Virus record (IMG/VR): IMGVR_UViG_3300013737_000003
DNA: 64,000 nt
Source of the DNA: a virus
Direction: 5' to 3' (one strand)
Shown: piece by piece, positions 39,290 to 49,341 of the stretch
Numbering within the stretch: the stretch's first letter is position 1
Layout of the letters: each line of letters starts with the position of its first letter
The notes under the pieces: generated by a model
The model's input: the letters and a program-made list of their open reading frames with translations, nothing else
Told to the model about the DNA's origin: nothing
The model's database searches: none
Program-made: the position numbers and the translations under genes

Positions 39290-40197
39290 GGCAGGTATCA
39301 CCTGACATCCCGTTCGGCTCGGCATACACCGAGATGGACTGGTGGTCCGGCTATGATCCGGAACTGGAAGATCGGGCCAATCTCGAAGCGACTGCTGCCG
39401 ATTATGACTGGGGGTCACTGGTCTGCGGCGACGACACTCCTGAGAAGTTCTCGATCGCCGACTGGTGGCCAGTGGAATTCCAAGGCCCGATCGGATCATG
39501 TGCGGGTCAGGCGGCATCCGGTGCTGCCGAGATCGAGCACTACAAACTGACCGGCCAGCCGATTGCGTTCAACGCCAACTTCACGTACATCGAAGGACAG
39601 CGATACTCGAAGTCCCTCTTCGGTCGAGACAACGGAGCCACCATCGACGGTGTGGTGCGATCGACCAAGGAGAAGGGATGTGCTCCGATGGACTGGGACA
39701 AGGACGGTCGCATCGACTATCCCTACCCTGCTCGGTACACGACCGCTATTCCGCAGCAGGCATATCAGTATGCCAGCAAGTACAAGGTCGGATATCACGC
39801 CGTCCTGAAGAACTGGGATGAAATCATCAAGTTCCTGAAGACTCAGGGCACAGTCGTGGTCGGTGGTGACTGGGGTCGATGGGGGCCAGACGCATCTGGT
39901 CTCTGTACTCGGTTCGTTTCAGGCGGTGGTGGCCATGCCTGGATCATCTGCGGATGGGATGAGACGAAGAAGACTTTTTCCGAGGATGTGCTTGAAGGGG
40001 TCAACAGCCACGGCAAGCGGTGGGCTCGCAAAGGCTTCCACTACATGACCCGCCGGTTCATCGATCAGTTCCTCGCCGCCCGCTGGACAGTCGCTATTGG
40101 CATCTCTCGCTTGTCTGTGCCGGGTCCGACCAAGTACAGTTTTGAGCAGTGGAAGAAAGCCGTACCAGTCAGCATCCTGCCTACATGGAGGGTATGA
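39286..40197 (+). CDS. Papain-like (C1) cysteine peptidase
   Basis: QGPIGSCAGQA (Gln/Cys), GGGHAW (His), VNSHGKRW..KGF (Asn) catalytic motifs. Confidence 0.85.
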   Translation: MRQVSPDIPFGSAYTEMDWWSGYDPELEDRANLEATAADYDWGSLVCGDDTPEKFSIADWWPVEFQGPIGSCAGQAASGAAEIEHYKLTGQPIAFNANFTYIEGQRYSKSLFGRDNGATIDGVVRSTKEKGCAPMDWDKDGRIDYPYPARYTTAIPQQAYQYASKYKVGYHAVLKNWDEIIKFLKTQGTVVVGGDWGRWGPDASGLCTRFVSGGGGHAWIICGWDETKKTFSEDVLEGVNSHGKRWARKGFHYMTRRFIDQFLAARWTVAIGISRLSVPGPTKYSFEQWKKAVPVSILPTWRV

Positions 40198-41249
40198 TGA
40201 ATCTCATTCATCTGTTGATCGCATTGTTATTTGCTCCTCCGACAGAGGTCGACCTCGCTGCAGCGCGTGCCCGTGCATCACAAGCACTTATACTGATGCA
40301 GCAGGAGAAGGAGATCGAGTTCGCTACAGAGGTGGTCGAACCCGAGCCTGAGGTGATTGACCCTCCTGAAGAACCGGCTGTGCGATCAGTCAATATTGAA
40401 TGGGAAGCCCCGGTCAAAGCTGAAGAGGTCGTCGAGGAGACCTTGTATCTCGTCAGTGAGAACTACTGCGGGGCTTGTCAGGTCAAAGCCAGAGAGTGGG
40501 CAAGACAAGGGATCAAGTTCACGAAGATCGATGTGGCGACCGCTCGGGCAATGGGTCAGCGGTTCTCCAGGATTCCCCACGACTTCACAGTTCGAACCCG
40601 GAAGACCATCGGAGAGGAGCGGCCCGCGACAGCGGTGGTGGACTCCGACACAATCCCTCTTGCACTGTCTCTGCTAGCCGATCATCTGGAGTCGCAGGTC
40701 GAGTCGCCGGACAAGGCGATGAAAGGTCTGCTGGACGTTGACGTCGACGCCCCGTCTTACCTCCCCGGGCTGATTAACGATCTGCTTATCGGTCAGCGGT
40801 ACTCAAATCCTGATCTGGGTTTGACTGCCGAGTGGAATGGTAAACGATCGATGACGGTCGAGAAGGGCAGGCTTGCCCTTTCGCCGCCGGTCAACATCAC
40901 CAAGACAGTCGGGATCATCACGGTCAAATGCACTCTCGATGCCGTTCGCATCTCTGAGCAGGGTCAGCAGATTGATCTCGAACTCGGAGGCAGTCCGGAC
41001 CTGACGATCCGGCTGAGAGGATACCAGGCCACAGCCCCGCCCTCACAGGAGTTCTTCTACCGCGAGAAAGCCTATGCGGAGTGGAGACCAGACGACGGCA
41101 AGGGCGCGTGGACGCATGAGTCACTGCTGTCCCATCTAAGAAATGGATCGCAGCACAAGGATAAAGCGTGGCAGAGCTGGCCGCTCGAACTCCTGACTTT
41201 CGGCCAGCTCATTGCTATTCACGATGATGACCATGAGGGAAAGATATGA
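40194..41249 (+). CDS. Secreted protein with a thioredoxin-like CxxC
   Basis: Signal-like N-terminus; LVSENYCGACQV; later RIPHDF in the cis-Pro position. Confidence 0.55.
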   Translation: MMNLIHLLIALLFAPPTEVDLAAARARASQALILMQQEKEIEFATEVVEPEPEVIDPPEEPAVRSVNIEWEAPVKAEEVVEETLYLVSENYCGACQVKAREWARQGIKFTKIDVATARAMGQRFSRIPHDFTVRTRKTIGEERPATAVVDSDTIPLALSLLADHLESQVESPDKAMKGLLDVDVDAPSYLPGLINDLLIGQRYSNPDLGLTAEWNGKRSMTVEKGRLALSPPVNITKTVGIITVKCTLDAVRISEQGQQIDLELGGSPDLTIRLRGYQATAPPSQEFFYREKAYAEWRPDDGKGAWTHESLLSHLRNGSQHKDKAWQSWPLELLTFGQLIAIHDDDHEGKI

Positions 41250-41632
41250 ACAAACTGCCTGACGTGAACGATGCTGTCAAAGCTGCCCAGAACGCTTACG
41301 AGGGGTTTGTCAAAGAACAGGGACTGGTCCGTGAATCCGGGTCTCCGGAATACGGACATGACAAGAATGGGATCAAAGCGGTCGCGAATGCTGTGCGGCA
41401 CTCGATCCGTAAGGGGTACATCACCCGAGACCAGTCGATCGACGAGCAGCATCGGGCAGCATACAGATTGCTCCCGGCGTGGGTTTTGGGTACAGTAGCC
41501 AAGGTCATCATCGAGTGGGCCATCCGGTGGCTCATTGATTACTACATGAAAGAACCAATCGGGGCAGCACCAGATGGACACGCCAATCTCGCAGAACCAG
41601 AATCAGCCGTGGTCGACCCTGACGCCCGGTAA
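41246..41632 (+). CDS. Hypothetical protein
   Basis: ATGA coupling; amphipathic C-terminal helix. Confidence 0.6.
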   Translation: MNKLPDVNDAVKAAQNAYEGFVKEQGLVRESGSPEYGHDKNGIKAVANAVRHSIRKGYITRDQSIDEQHRAAYRLLPAWVLGTVAKVIIEWAIRWLIDYYMKEPIGAAPDGHANLAEPESAVVDPDAR

Positions 41633-41939
41633 CACAGCATCTGAGGTTTCTAAAAAACCGGCTGTGATCTACACGATCGATGCGTTCAATGCGAACGCCG
41701 CTGCCCGGCATCTGAAGATTTACGATGTGGAGAGCAGTGCTCTTGCCACTGCTGCTGCCACACCCAAGTACCGAACCGGGTTGCCGCCCGGCTCAAAGAC
41801 AATAACGTTCCCGAAAGGGATGAAGTTCAACAGCGGTGTATTTATCCGGGTGGTTACAGAGATGGCTGACGCGGGCACCACGGACCCGACAGTGGGAGAG
41901 ACGAGTATCAGCATCGTCCTCAAATCATCCGGAGGGTAA
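41574..41939 (+). CDS. Small beta-rich protein
   Basis: ORF with structural-protein-like composition. Confidence 0.55.
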   Translation: MDTPISQNQNQPWSTLTPGNTASEVSKKPAVIYTIDAFNANAAARHLKIYDVESSALATAAATPKYRTGLPPGSKTITFPKGMKFNSGVFIRVVTEMADAGTTDPTVGETSISIVLKSSGG

Positions 41940-42040
41940 AGAGGAAAAGAGTCGGGGCTCCCCGTCATAGAAACCCCGGCCCTTTTGACAGACTGTCTGG
42001 TGTAGTAATCGCACTGGACCCTCAACACCGGACAGGAAAC

Positions 42041-42325
42041 ATGAGTGACGATAACGAAAAAGACCACTTTGAGATCAATGTTTGGTTCATGAATCTCAAA
42101 CTTAGCGGCACCACTTTGGACAAGTTCTTACCCTGGCTCGGATATGCTTTGATCATTCTGAGTCTGGGTATCACCATCGTGTGGATCATAAAATCATGGA
42201 GAGGCGAAGATGTTCAATTTATTCCTGACCCAGCATGCGTGGTTGATCTGGCTGTTGACGGGTGCGATGGCGGGGGTAGGAGTGCTGAGCACATTCCGTC
42301 TTTGGTACTATGTGCAACATCGTAA
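42041..42325 (+). CDS. Small membrane protein
   Basis: CAGGAAAC-ATG; one TM helix. Confidence 0.5.
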   Translation: MSDDNEKDHFEINVWFMNLKLSGTTLDKFLPWLGYALIILSLGITIVWIIKSWRGEDVQFIPDPACVVDLAVDGCDGGGRSAEHIPSLVLCATS

Positions 42326-42494
42326 CCTGCATGCTGTTAAGGTCTATTGCCGCCTCCTTGGTTGCTTGATTGCGGCCAGTGGATTATTCAATGGAGCAAT
42401 GCTGGCCGGAGTCAAGCTGGAGTGCAGTGAGCAGATCGAGCAGATCATGCAGTCCATCCCTGCTGATGGACTGACTTCGTTCCGAGGAGAGTAA
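42210..42494 (+). CDS. Holin-like membrane protein
   Basis: GGAGAGG upstream; two to three hydrophobic helices in 94 aa. Confidence 0.45.
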   Translation: MFNLFLTQHAWLIWLLTGAMAGVGVLSTFRLWYYVQHRNLHAVKVYCRLLGCLIAASGLFNGAMLAGVKLECSEQIEQIMQSIPADGLTSFRGE

Positions 42495-42500
42495 TCTGAC

Positions 42501-43010
42501 ATGGTTTTGGGCGTCGACAACAAGGGCAAATTCTACACAGCACCGCTAAATCAGCCGGTCGCCATCAGAGTCGGTGATCAGGTGCTGGTGGAAGGCTCCC
42601 AATTGGTTGTCGTCAGGGCTGGTCATGTGATTGCAACCAGAACGATCGGGGCCGCACAGGTCGCCAACACAGACGCAGAATTTAACGAAACAGTCTCATC
42701 AGTTGTTTTCTACAAGGGGAATCCAGTGGCCGGTCAATCAGTTGTCATGACAGGAATTTCGCAGAACCCGACAACAGGCGTAGTGATTGTCAGGTACAGC
42801 AACGGTAACCAGCGAGAGTTTGCGAGCTGGGAGGAAATCAACACGACGCTCGGTGAGATGGATCAGCAGCCTGATCTCGCGGAGAAAATTCTGGCTCTGA
42901 AAGCATATCGCAACAGTCCGGATGGGACCGACAAGACAACCATGCTGAATGTGAACTGCACAATCAACTTCGACGCTGGAACCCCAATCGCTTTGATCGA
43001 GCCTCAGTGA
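42501..43010 (+). CDS. Hypothetical protein
   Basis: GGAGAG RBS; ORF in the rightward string. Confidence 0.6.
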   Translation: MVLGVDNKGKFYTAPLNQPVAIRVGDQVLVEGSQLVVVRAGHVIATRTIGAAQVANTDAEFNETVSSVVFYKGNPVAGQSVVMTGISQNPTTGVVIVRYSNGNQREFASWEEINTTLGEMDQQPDLAEKILALKAYRNSPDGTDKTTMLNVNCTINFDAGTPIALIEPQ

Positions 43011-43282
43011 TGCCTAAACGTCAAATCAAATGCACAAACGTTCGCAACAAAGGCGGCGTGATCTACGCCAGATTTAGCGACAAGTCAGAACTGCCGTTTG
43101 AGTCACGGGCTGATATGCGGCAATGGATTCGTTCGCAGGTTACGCCGGACGTGCTGAAGGCTCTGGTGTTGTCAGCCGTGCTGGAAGATGCAGTCGACGG
43201 AACTCCGCTGAATCAATGCGATGGTAAGCGGATTGTTCTGGACTTCTCCGCTGCTCAGTTTTTGACAATCATCCAGGAGTGA
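43007..43282 (+). CDS. Hypothetical protein
   Basis: GTGA/ATG coupling. Confidence 0.6.
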   Translation: MMPKRQIKCTNVRNKGGVIYARFSDKSELPFESRADMRQWIRSQVTPDVLKALVLSAVLEDAVDGTPLNQCDGKRIVLDFSAAQFLTIIQE

Positions 43283-43286
43283 TTCG

Positions 43287-44381
43287 GTGGCAGACGCATT
43301 GTTGACAGGGAAGACAAACAACTACGGGTTTCAGACACTCTCCAGCCCCGTGAATCATGTGGTTGACGCCAGTAACGAAGGGGTTGCCTACGTATCTCAA
43401 TCAATGACGGATCAGGCGATTACTGGCGTGTTCATCCGTTATGGATCACGAGCTGGTGTTCCTCCGAGCTACATTGCCGCGATTGAAGGCGTTGACGGCT
43501 CCGGAAGTCCCGACGGTGTTGTGAAGGGCGGCGGAACTCCGGCCTCGGTGGTGTTTACTCCGCCTGCAGATACTTCATGGGACTCAGCAGGACGATGGTT
43601 CACGCTGGCTAATTCATACACTCCCACAATCGGGGAGCTACTGGCGATCACTATCAGGCACAGCTCTGGAACGATTGACGGAACAAACAACAGCAGTTTC
43701 TGCCGTACGATGTCCGGCGTCCGGCTCGCCCCTCAGTTCCCATACATTCTGACGAACAGTGGTGGCACATGGACTAAGTCCGCTTCACCATTGGCACCAT
43801 TCGGATACCGCACAGCGGCAAAGCGATTTGGTTTTTTGTGCAGCATTCCCTACACAACAACAGTTTCAACCGCAGGCAATCGATCCGCTTGTGCATTCAC
43901 ATTGCCGACGGCGTTCGGAAGTACATACAAGCCTCTCGGATTCACGTTCTATGGGCGTCTGGGTTCCGCCGGAAATACTACCAAGGTCGCCGTGTGGGAT
44001 TCCGCTGGGACTGAAATCGCCTCGGCAATCACAATTGACTCTGATGTTCAGTCCGGAGTCACAAACTTCGGCAATTGGCAGGTAATGTTCACAACGCCAC
44101 CCACATTGACCTGTGGCACGAAGTATTACTTCGGAGCGGAGTCGATTTCCGGGTCGATCGTAGGGATTGCGGGTCACACGCTCATCGAAGCAGATGACCG
44201 CCTTGCCTGGCCGCTCGGAGCGAATCGGGCGATTGCAACCTGGAACGGTTCTGCGTGGACTGAAACAAACACGGTTCTGCCCTTGGTAGATTTAATTTTG
44301 GACGACATTGCGGTTCCGTCCGGCGGTGGTCGCAGCGTGTTGATCGGTAACCAGTCACTGGTGCGAGGAGTTGTAATCTGA
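43287..44381 (+). CDS. Beta-rich fibre/receptor-binding-like protein
   Basis: T/G/S-rich with two repeated beta domains. Confidence 0.5.
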   Translation: MADALLTGKTNNYGFQTLSSPVNHVVDASNEGVAYVSQSMTDQAITGVFIRYGSRAGVPPSYIAAIEGVDGSGSPDGVVKGGGTPASVVFTPPADTSWDSAGRWFTLANSYTPTIGELLAITIRHSSGTIDGTNNSSFCRTMSGVRLAPQFPYILTNSGGTWTKSASPLAPFGYRTAAKRFGFLCSIPYTTTVSTAGNRSACAFTLPTAFGSTYKPLGFTFYGRLGSAGNTTKVAVWDSAGTEIASAITIDSDVQSGVTNFGNWQVMFTTPPTLTCGTKYYFGAESISGSIVGIAGHTLIEADDRLAWPLGANRAIATWNGSAWTETNTVLPLVDLILDDIAVPSGGGRSVLIGNQSLVRGVVI

Positions 44382-45625
44382 TGAGAGACCGATCACTGGG
44401 CTCAACTGTCCGTATTTACTTCACGACGCACAGCAGTACAGGTGTGGCGGTTGCTCCGTCGAGTGCGTTCGCGGCGTCTGACTTTCGCATTTACAAAGAC
44501 GGATCGGCAACCGAGAAAACAACCACGAACGGGATCACTGTTACAAGTCCGTTCGACTCGCTGACCGGCGCTCACCTGATCGAGATCGACACCAGCAACA
44601 ACACTGGAGACGCTGGGTTCTGGGCATCCGGATCAGCGTATCGAGTTGTTCTTTCAACGGCTAAGACGGTCGATTCAGTCAACCCGACTGGAATCTGCGT
44701 CGGCGAATTTTCGATCGAACTACAGACGGCAGACGTCCGCAAGTTCGGAGGAGCAGCAGGCACATTTTCAGCGGGCCGACCAGAAGTCAATGCTTCTCAT
44801 GCCGGAGGGACAGCGTGGGCCAGTGGAGCAATTGTTGCAGGTGCAATTGCTGCAGGTGCATTGAACGGGAAAGGTGATTGGTCAACCTCAGGTCAAGTAT
44901 CGGGCCTTGCAGTTAATACGCGAGCCAACCTGCAAATACCTATTGAGATTGAAACACCGGATGCAGGATCACAAGTTTGGAAAATCCGACTGCATCTATT
45001 CGATGTCGAAGGGAACATGGAAGCTCCTGACTCCACTCCGACTGTGTCTCTCACTAATGCTTCTGGTACAGACAGGTCATCTCGCCTATCTGTCGCGTCG
45101 AATCCTTCGACGGGCGTCTACACTTGGGACTACACGGCAACAGCAGGTGACGCCGAAGAACAATTGGTCTGGCTTTTTACGGTTGTGGAAGGCGGACTGA
45201 CCCGCACTTACCCCGCGACATCATACGTCGTTGAAGAGACGGCGTTTCGATTCAGTTCGTCAGACAGAGCTACGTTGAATGCTGCTGCGACAGCAGCGGC
45301 GTTGGCCGCGCTGTCAAACAAAATAGGAACTCCTGCTGGGGCATCCGTGTCTGCGGATATAGCCGCCGCGAAGGTTGTGCTTGATGCAGTTGTGGCCGAT
45401 ACAAATGAACTGCAGACAGATTGGGCGAACGGAGGCCGTCTCGATCTATTGATGGATGCCGCTTTGGCTGCAGCAGTGCTCGCCCGACAAATACTAGGGA
45501 ATAAACACACCGTAGTGAATAATGGGAACGGTACGTACACAATTAGTGTTCGTGACGACAGCGATACCACCACCGTACGAACTATTGTTTACACACCTGC
45601 AACCGGAGCGAGAACAGCCTCATGA
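44381..45625 (+). CDS. Fibre-like structural protein
   Basis: TGATG coupling; A/T/G-rich. Confidence 0.5.
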   Translation: MRDRSLGSTVRIYFTTHSSTGVAVAPSSAFAASDFRIYKDGSATEKTTTNGITVTSPFDSLTGAHLIEIDTSNNTGDAGFWASGSAYRVVLSTAKTVDSVNPTGICVGEFSIELQTADVRKFGGAAGTFSAGRPEVNASHAGGTAWASGAIVAGAIAAGALNGKGDWSTSGQVSGLAVNTRANLQIPIEIETPDAGSQVWKIRLHLFDVEGNMEAPDSTPTVSLTNASGTDRSSRLSVASNPSTGVYTWDYTATAGDAEEQLVWLFTVVEGGLTRTYPATSYVVEETAFRFSSSDRATLNAAATAAALAALSNKIGTPAGASVSADIAAAKVVLDAVVADTNELQTDWANGGRLDLLMDAALAAAVLARQILGNKHTVVNNGNGTYTISVRDDSDTTTVRTIVYTPATGARTAS

Positions 45626-46224
45626 TCCCCTTCGTCGCGATCGGCCCTGACCCGGACTACCCAGCAGTAGCCGACGTTGAACAGGGCGTGCAATATGATT
45701 TCGGGAACCTGACCGGCACACTTGTAGTAAGCGGAGGTGGTGGGGGCGGTGATGCTACTCTCGCCAATCAGGTTACCATACTTGCTAACCAAACCACGAT
45801 CATCAACTCGATCGCGGCTCTTGGTCTTATCGCGTTGGAGACATCTCCTGATGTTGTCACTGGTATGCCGTCATCCCTCATCATCGGTAACGACTATATC
45901 GATGACCTCAACGCTCACATTCCGATCTACATCCGCGACTCAGGTGGGACTCCGCTGACAGGACTCGGCAGCAAGCTGTTCTCAGATGCTGACTTCCGAC
46001 CTGCTGTAGTGTTTGATTGTGGCTCGCCTAATAACCGCGTCACTGCTGTCTGCTCGTGGGTGCCGCCTGTCGGCCCGACAGAAGGGTACATCAAGGTTGA
46101 AATCCCTTCTTCTCAGTCCACACGCGCAATTCCCGGTTCGAGCGTGATGCAACTCACGTTCAACTGGAACGGAATTACGTCGGTTCGCTCACGACAAAAC
46201 GTCGAGTGGGTGGAAATGTCATAA
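45622..46224 (+). CDS. Fibre-associated hypothetical protein
   Basis: ATGA coupling; last gene before the promoter at 46241. Confidence 0.5.
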   Translation: MIPFVAIGPDPDYPAVADVEQGVQYDFGNLTGTLVVSGGGGGGDATLANQVTILANQTTIINSIAALGLIALETSPDVVTGMPSSLIIGNDYIDDLNAHIPIYIRDSGGTPLTGLGSKLFSDADFRPAVVFDCGSPNNRVTAVCSWVPPVGPTEGYIKVEIPSSQSTRAIPGSSVMQLTFNWNGITSVRSRQNVEWVEMS

Positions 46225-46240
46225 TTTTGTAACCGAGGGG

Positions 46241-46269
46241 TTGACATTCACTGACAGAATCTGTCAAAT
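46241..46269 (+). promoter_or_regulatory. Sigma70-like promoter (TTGACA-N17-TCAAAT) overlapped by operator copy 3 (46252-46266, TGACAGAATCTGTCA)
   Basis: Perfect -35, weak -10; precedes the replication module. Confidence 0.65.
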
Positions 46270-46319
46270 GCCGCTTCGCTTTGACTGTCACTTTCTGTCA
46301 CAACCCATCGGAGCAAAAC

Positions 46320-47024
46320 ATGCAAACCGGGTATTGTCTCATTCTTTCTCTTGATGAGCTGCGGGCACTGAGCAGTGCAACGCAGCAGGAGTTGGCGATG
46401 CTGGACGCCGACTTCGCCAACATGATGGGGATTGCCACACCGGCCAATCCTCCTGCGGAACCAAAGGCGAAACGCTCTCGTGCCAAGAAAGGCACGGAGC
46501 AGACTGTCCTTCCCGAGACCGGCCAGATCAATCAGCAGACGGCGATCGATCCGAATCTGATGCTCCCTGGAGTTCCGCAGCCAAACATGGGAGCCCCCCA
46601 GATGCCGCAGGTGCCATCAGGCATGCCTCTGGTCTCCGGCATTCCCGGCATGCCACAGCAGCCAGGCCCGGTCTATGCACCGATGCCGCTGCCAACCATG
46701 CAGACGCCTCAGGCTTCTGCGGCGATGGCGCAGCAGTTCAATGGAATGGTTCCCCCTCCGCCGCAGCCGCTGCCACCAGTGCAGCCTCAGCCACAACCAC
46801 AGCAGCAGGCGGCAAGCAACATGCCAACTGCTCAGATGATTCGCAGTAATCTGATCCCTCAGATTGTGGCTCAAATTCCCGACAGCCACGGTAAGATCGC
46901 TGCTGCTGTGACTGAAGCCCGTAACCACGGGGTTCTGCCAACCGGGGATATCTCCGGCCTGACTGACGCTGGCGTCCCAACGTTTCTTCAGTGTCTGCGA
47001 AATCAGGGTCTGATCAGTGGCTAA
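46320..47024 (+). CDS. P/Q/M-rich disordered protein
   Basis: First gene of the replication module. Confidence 0.6.
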   Translation: MQTGYCLILSLDELRALSSATQQELAMLDADFANMMGIATPANPPAEPKAKRSRAKKGTEQTVLPETGQINQQTAIDPNLMLPGVPQPNMGAPQMPQVPSGMPLVSGIPGMPQQPGPVYAPMPLPTMQTPQASAAMAQQFNGMVPPPPQPLPPVQPQPQPQQQAASNMPTAQMIRSNLIPQIVAQIPDSHGKIAAAVTEARNHGVLPTGDISGLTDAGVPTFLQCLRNQGLISG

Positions 47025-48240
47025 GCACCATCTCCTTGGACCGAGCGGGTATGAACGATGGGGTGCGTGCCCCGGCAGTCTTATCGGACCCGCTATGCCG
47101 GACGACGCAGGGGATGCTGCCCGTGAAGGGACAGCATGTCATGCACTGGCCGAGTGGGCTCTCACCACCGGCCTCGACCCGGCACTAATGCTCGGTCGTT
47201 CTATGACGGACGACAAGAGATTTGTGGTCAATCAGGATATGGTCGACGGGGCTCGGCTTTACATCAACACTGTCCGATCGGCGTGCCTCGAACTGCAGAT
47301 TCCTTACGACAAGCTGCAGCTTGAGAAGTACATGTCGACGGAGTCGATCGCCGAAGAGTTATTCGGCGGCACAACTGACTGTTACGCAGTGCATGACGGC
47401 ACGCTGCTCGTTGTCGACTTCAAGTACGGGCGTAAGCCTGTGAAGGCGACGAGCGGGCAGCTCACATGCTATGCCCTGCTTGCGATCGCAAACCAGCAAC
47501 CGGATGATCCGCCAATCAAGCGGATCGTTCAGATTCTGGTTCAGCCCCGCAGCAAGGATGGTGAGACCGTCACGCGGCACGAGCCTACACATGACCAGTT
47601 GGTTGTGGTGTGGGACACGATCGTCAGAGCCGCTCAGATTTACCTGCAGTACCGACATCTGCCGGTGTCGCCGGATCAATTCCTGCAGACCGGCAAACAC
47701 TGCGAGTACTGCCGTCGTAAGACAACATGTCCGGCATTCCTCCGGGATGCCGCCGAGATATTCAGTCGAGCAGAGTTCCCTGTCAATGTGATCACCACGG
47801 ACGACGAGGTCTCCGCTGCTCTGTACTGGATCGAGCGGCAACCAGCGATCGAGGCATTCTTCAAAGAGTGCAAAGTGCGACTGCTGCAAGCCGCTCAGCA
47901 GGGGAAGAAAATCCCCGGCAAGAAACTGGTCGCAACCTACTCTCATCGGGAGTGGTGGAGCGAGCAGAAGGAACAGGTGCTTGCTGCTCTCGGGCAGTAC
48001 GGCATCCCTGCTGCACTGGCAACAACGACTGAGGTCGTGTCGCCTGCGCAGATCGAGAAGATTGTGAAAGAGCATGTCCAGGACCCAGACAAGCGTAAGG
48101 CTGTGATCTCGGACATCAATAACAGACTTGTCAAACGTCGGGTAACCGGGTCCACCCTCAAGGACGATACCGCCAAAGGGGATGCGATTACGCCCGATAT
48201 TTTGACAGCCCTTTTAGAACTGGAGAACGTGAGCGAATGA
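47017..48240 (+). CDS. DUF2800 Cas4-like PD-(D/E)XK exonuclease
   Basis: LGPSGYERWGACPGS, EGTACHALAE, GGTTDC, VVDFKYG, QLTCYA, CEYC..KTTCP. Confidence 0.85.
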   Translation: MAKHHLLGPSGYERWGACPGSLIGPAMPDDAGDAAREGTACHALAEWALTTGLDPALMLGRSMTDDKRFVVNQDMVDGARLYINTVRSACLELQIPYDKLQLEKYMSTESIAEELFGGTTDCYAVHDGTLLVVDFKYGRKPVKATSGQLTCYALLAIANQQPDDPPIKRIVQILVQPRSKDGETVTRHEPTHDQLVVVWDTIVRAAQIYLQYRHLPVSPDQFLQTGKHCEYCRRKTTCPAFLRDAAEIFSRAEFPVNVITTDDEVSAALYWIERQPAIEAFFKECKVRLLQAAQQGKKIPGKKLVATYSHREWWSEQKEQVLAALGQYGIPAALATTTEVVSPAQIEKIVKEHVQDPDKRKAVISDINNRLVKRRVTGSTLKDDTAKGDAITPDILTALLELENVSE

Positions 48241-49265
48241 GTACCGCAGCCCCTGTTGATGATGCCAAGCTCGGCTTGGTTGTCATCGGACCCGTCACAC
48301 TGAGTTACCCCAATCTGTTCGTTCCTCGCGTGAACAAAGACGAGCAGACCGGCGAAGAGAAGTCTTCATATGACATGGAGTTGATCATCTATGATGACAA
48401 CCCGCGAGTGAACGACATTGTCCAGAAAGCCTACGCCGCTGTGACCGCAGTTGCGCAGGCTGCATACGGGCAACATTGGCAGCATTATCTGAACCAGATG
48501 ATGCAGTCCGACAAGGCACCGATCCGTCGACTGAGTCGGGGCAAGAGTTTCAAACCCGGCGACAAGGACGGTTTCCGTATCAAAGCCAAGAGCGGACGCA
48601 CGATCCCGGTGACGAAGATCGATCCGAACTCGCCGCCGAACAATCGCACTCTGTTGCCGGTGAAGGATGCTGAAGAAGCATATGCTGGTGTGCAGGTGCT
48701 GGCTGAGATCAAAGCCCACAAGTACTCCCACCCACGAGGCGGTGACGGCATCTCGTGGTGGGCGCAGCAGATCGTTCTCGTTGCAGACGGCCCTCGTCTC
48801 GGACAATCCGGACGTCCACCGGAAGAAGCCTTTGCAGAGTTCAACCTCGCAGAGTTCTCAGGCCCGATGGGTGTTGCTGCTCAGAACGCTGATCAGATCG
48901 CTCGCCAGATGGGCGGGGGTATGATGATGCCAGGGATGCCCGGCCCGGTGGGTGTTCCCGGTATGTCAATGCCGTCTGCTGTGGTCACTCCTCCACAGCA
49001 GTTCGGGATGCCGCAGCAGACAATGCCACCCCAGATTGGCATGCCTGCTGCGGCACCGCCCCCTGTCATGAACATGCCGGGGGTAATGCCTCAGACTCAA
49101 CCACCCGGTACGATGCCGGGTGTACCAGGCATGATGCCTGGACAGGCACCGCAAGGGATGCCCATGATGGGTGGTGCTCCGGGCATGATGCCTCAAATGC
49201 CCGGCATGATGCCGACCGGCCAACCAGGAATTCAGATGCCGGGAATGCCAGGACAGCCGTACTGA
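48237..49265 (+). CDS. DUF2815 ssDNA-binding protein with a long M/P/G-rich tail
   Basis: VTLSYPNLFVPR, YAGVQV, GISWW..QIVLVADGPRL; canonical context next to DUF2800 and PolA. Confidence 0.8.
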   Translation: MSTAAPVDDAKLGLVVIGPVTLSYPNLFVPRVNKDEQTGEEKSSYDMELIIYDDNPRVNDIVQKAYAAVTAVAQAAYGQHWQHYLNQMMQSDKAPIRRLSRGKSFKPGDKDGFRIKAKSGRTIPVTKIDPNSPPNNRTLLPVKDAEEAYAGVQVLAEIKAHKYSHPRGGDGISWWAQQIVLVADGPRLGQSGRPPEEAFAEFNLAEFSGPMGVAAQNADQIARQMGGGMMMPGMPGPVGVPGMSMPSAVVTPPQQFGMPQQTMPPQIGMPAAAPPPVMNMPGVMPQTQPPGTMPGVPGMMPGQAPQGMPMMGGAPGMMPQMPGMMPTGQPGIQMPGMPGQPY

Positions 49266-49289
49266 TCTGACTGGACGTGATCAGTGGCG

Positions 49290-49320
49290 GGCGTGCCGGA
49301 TTGTCCGGCACGCCTTCTTT
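49290..49320 (+). terminator. Terminator-like hairpin between SSB and PolA
   Basis: 11-bp stem GGCGTGCCGGA/TCCGGCACGCC followed by TTCTTT. Confidence 0.7.
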
Positions 49321-49341
49321 GTTGTAGGAGTGCAACTAACC

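Noticed and set aside
47017-48240. Cas4 as spacer-acquisition machinery for the array
   Set aside because: It sits in the canonical DUF2800-DUF2815-PolA phage replication/recombination context, and nothing links it to the array.
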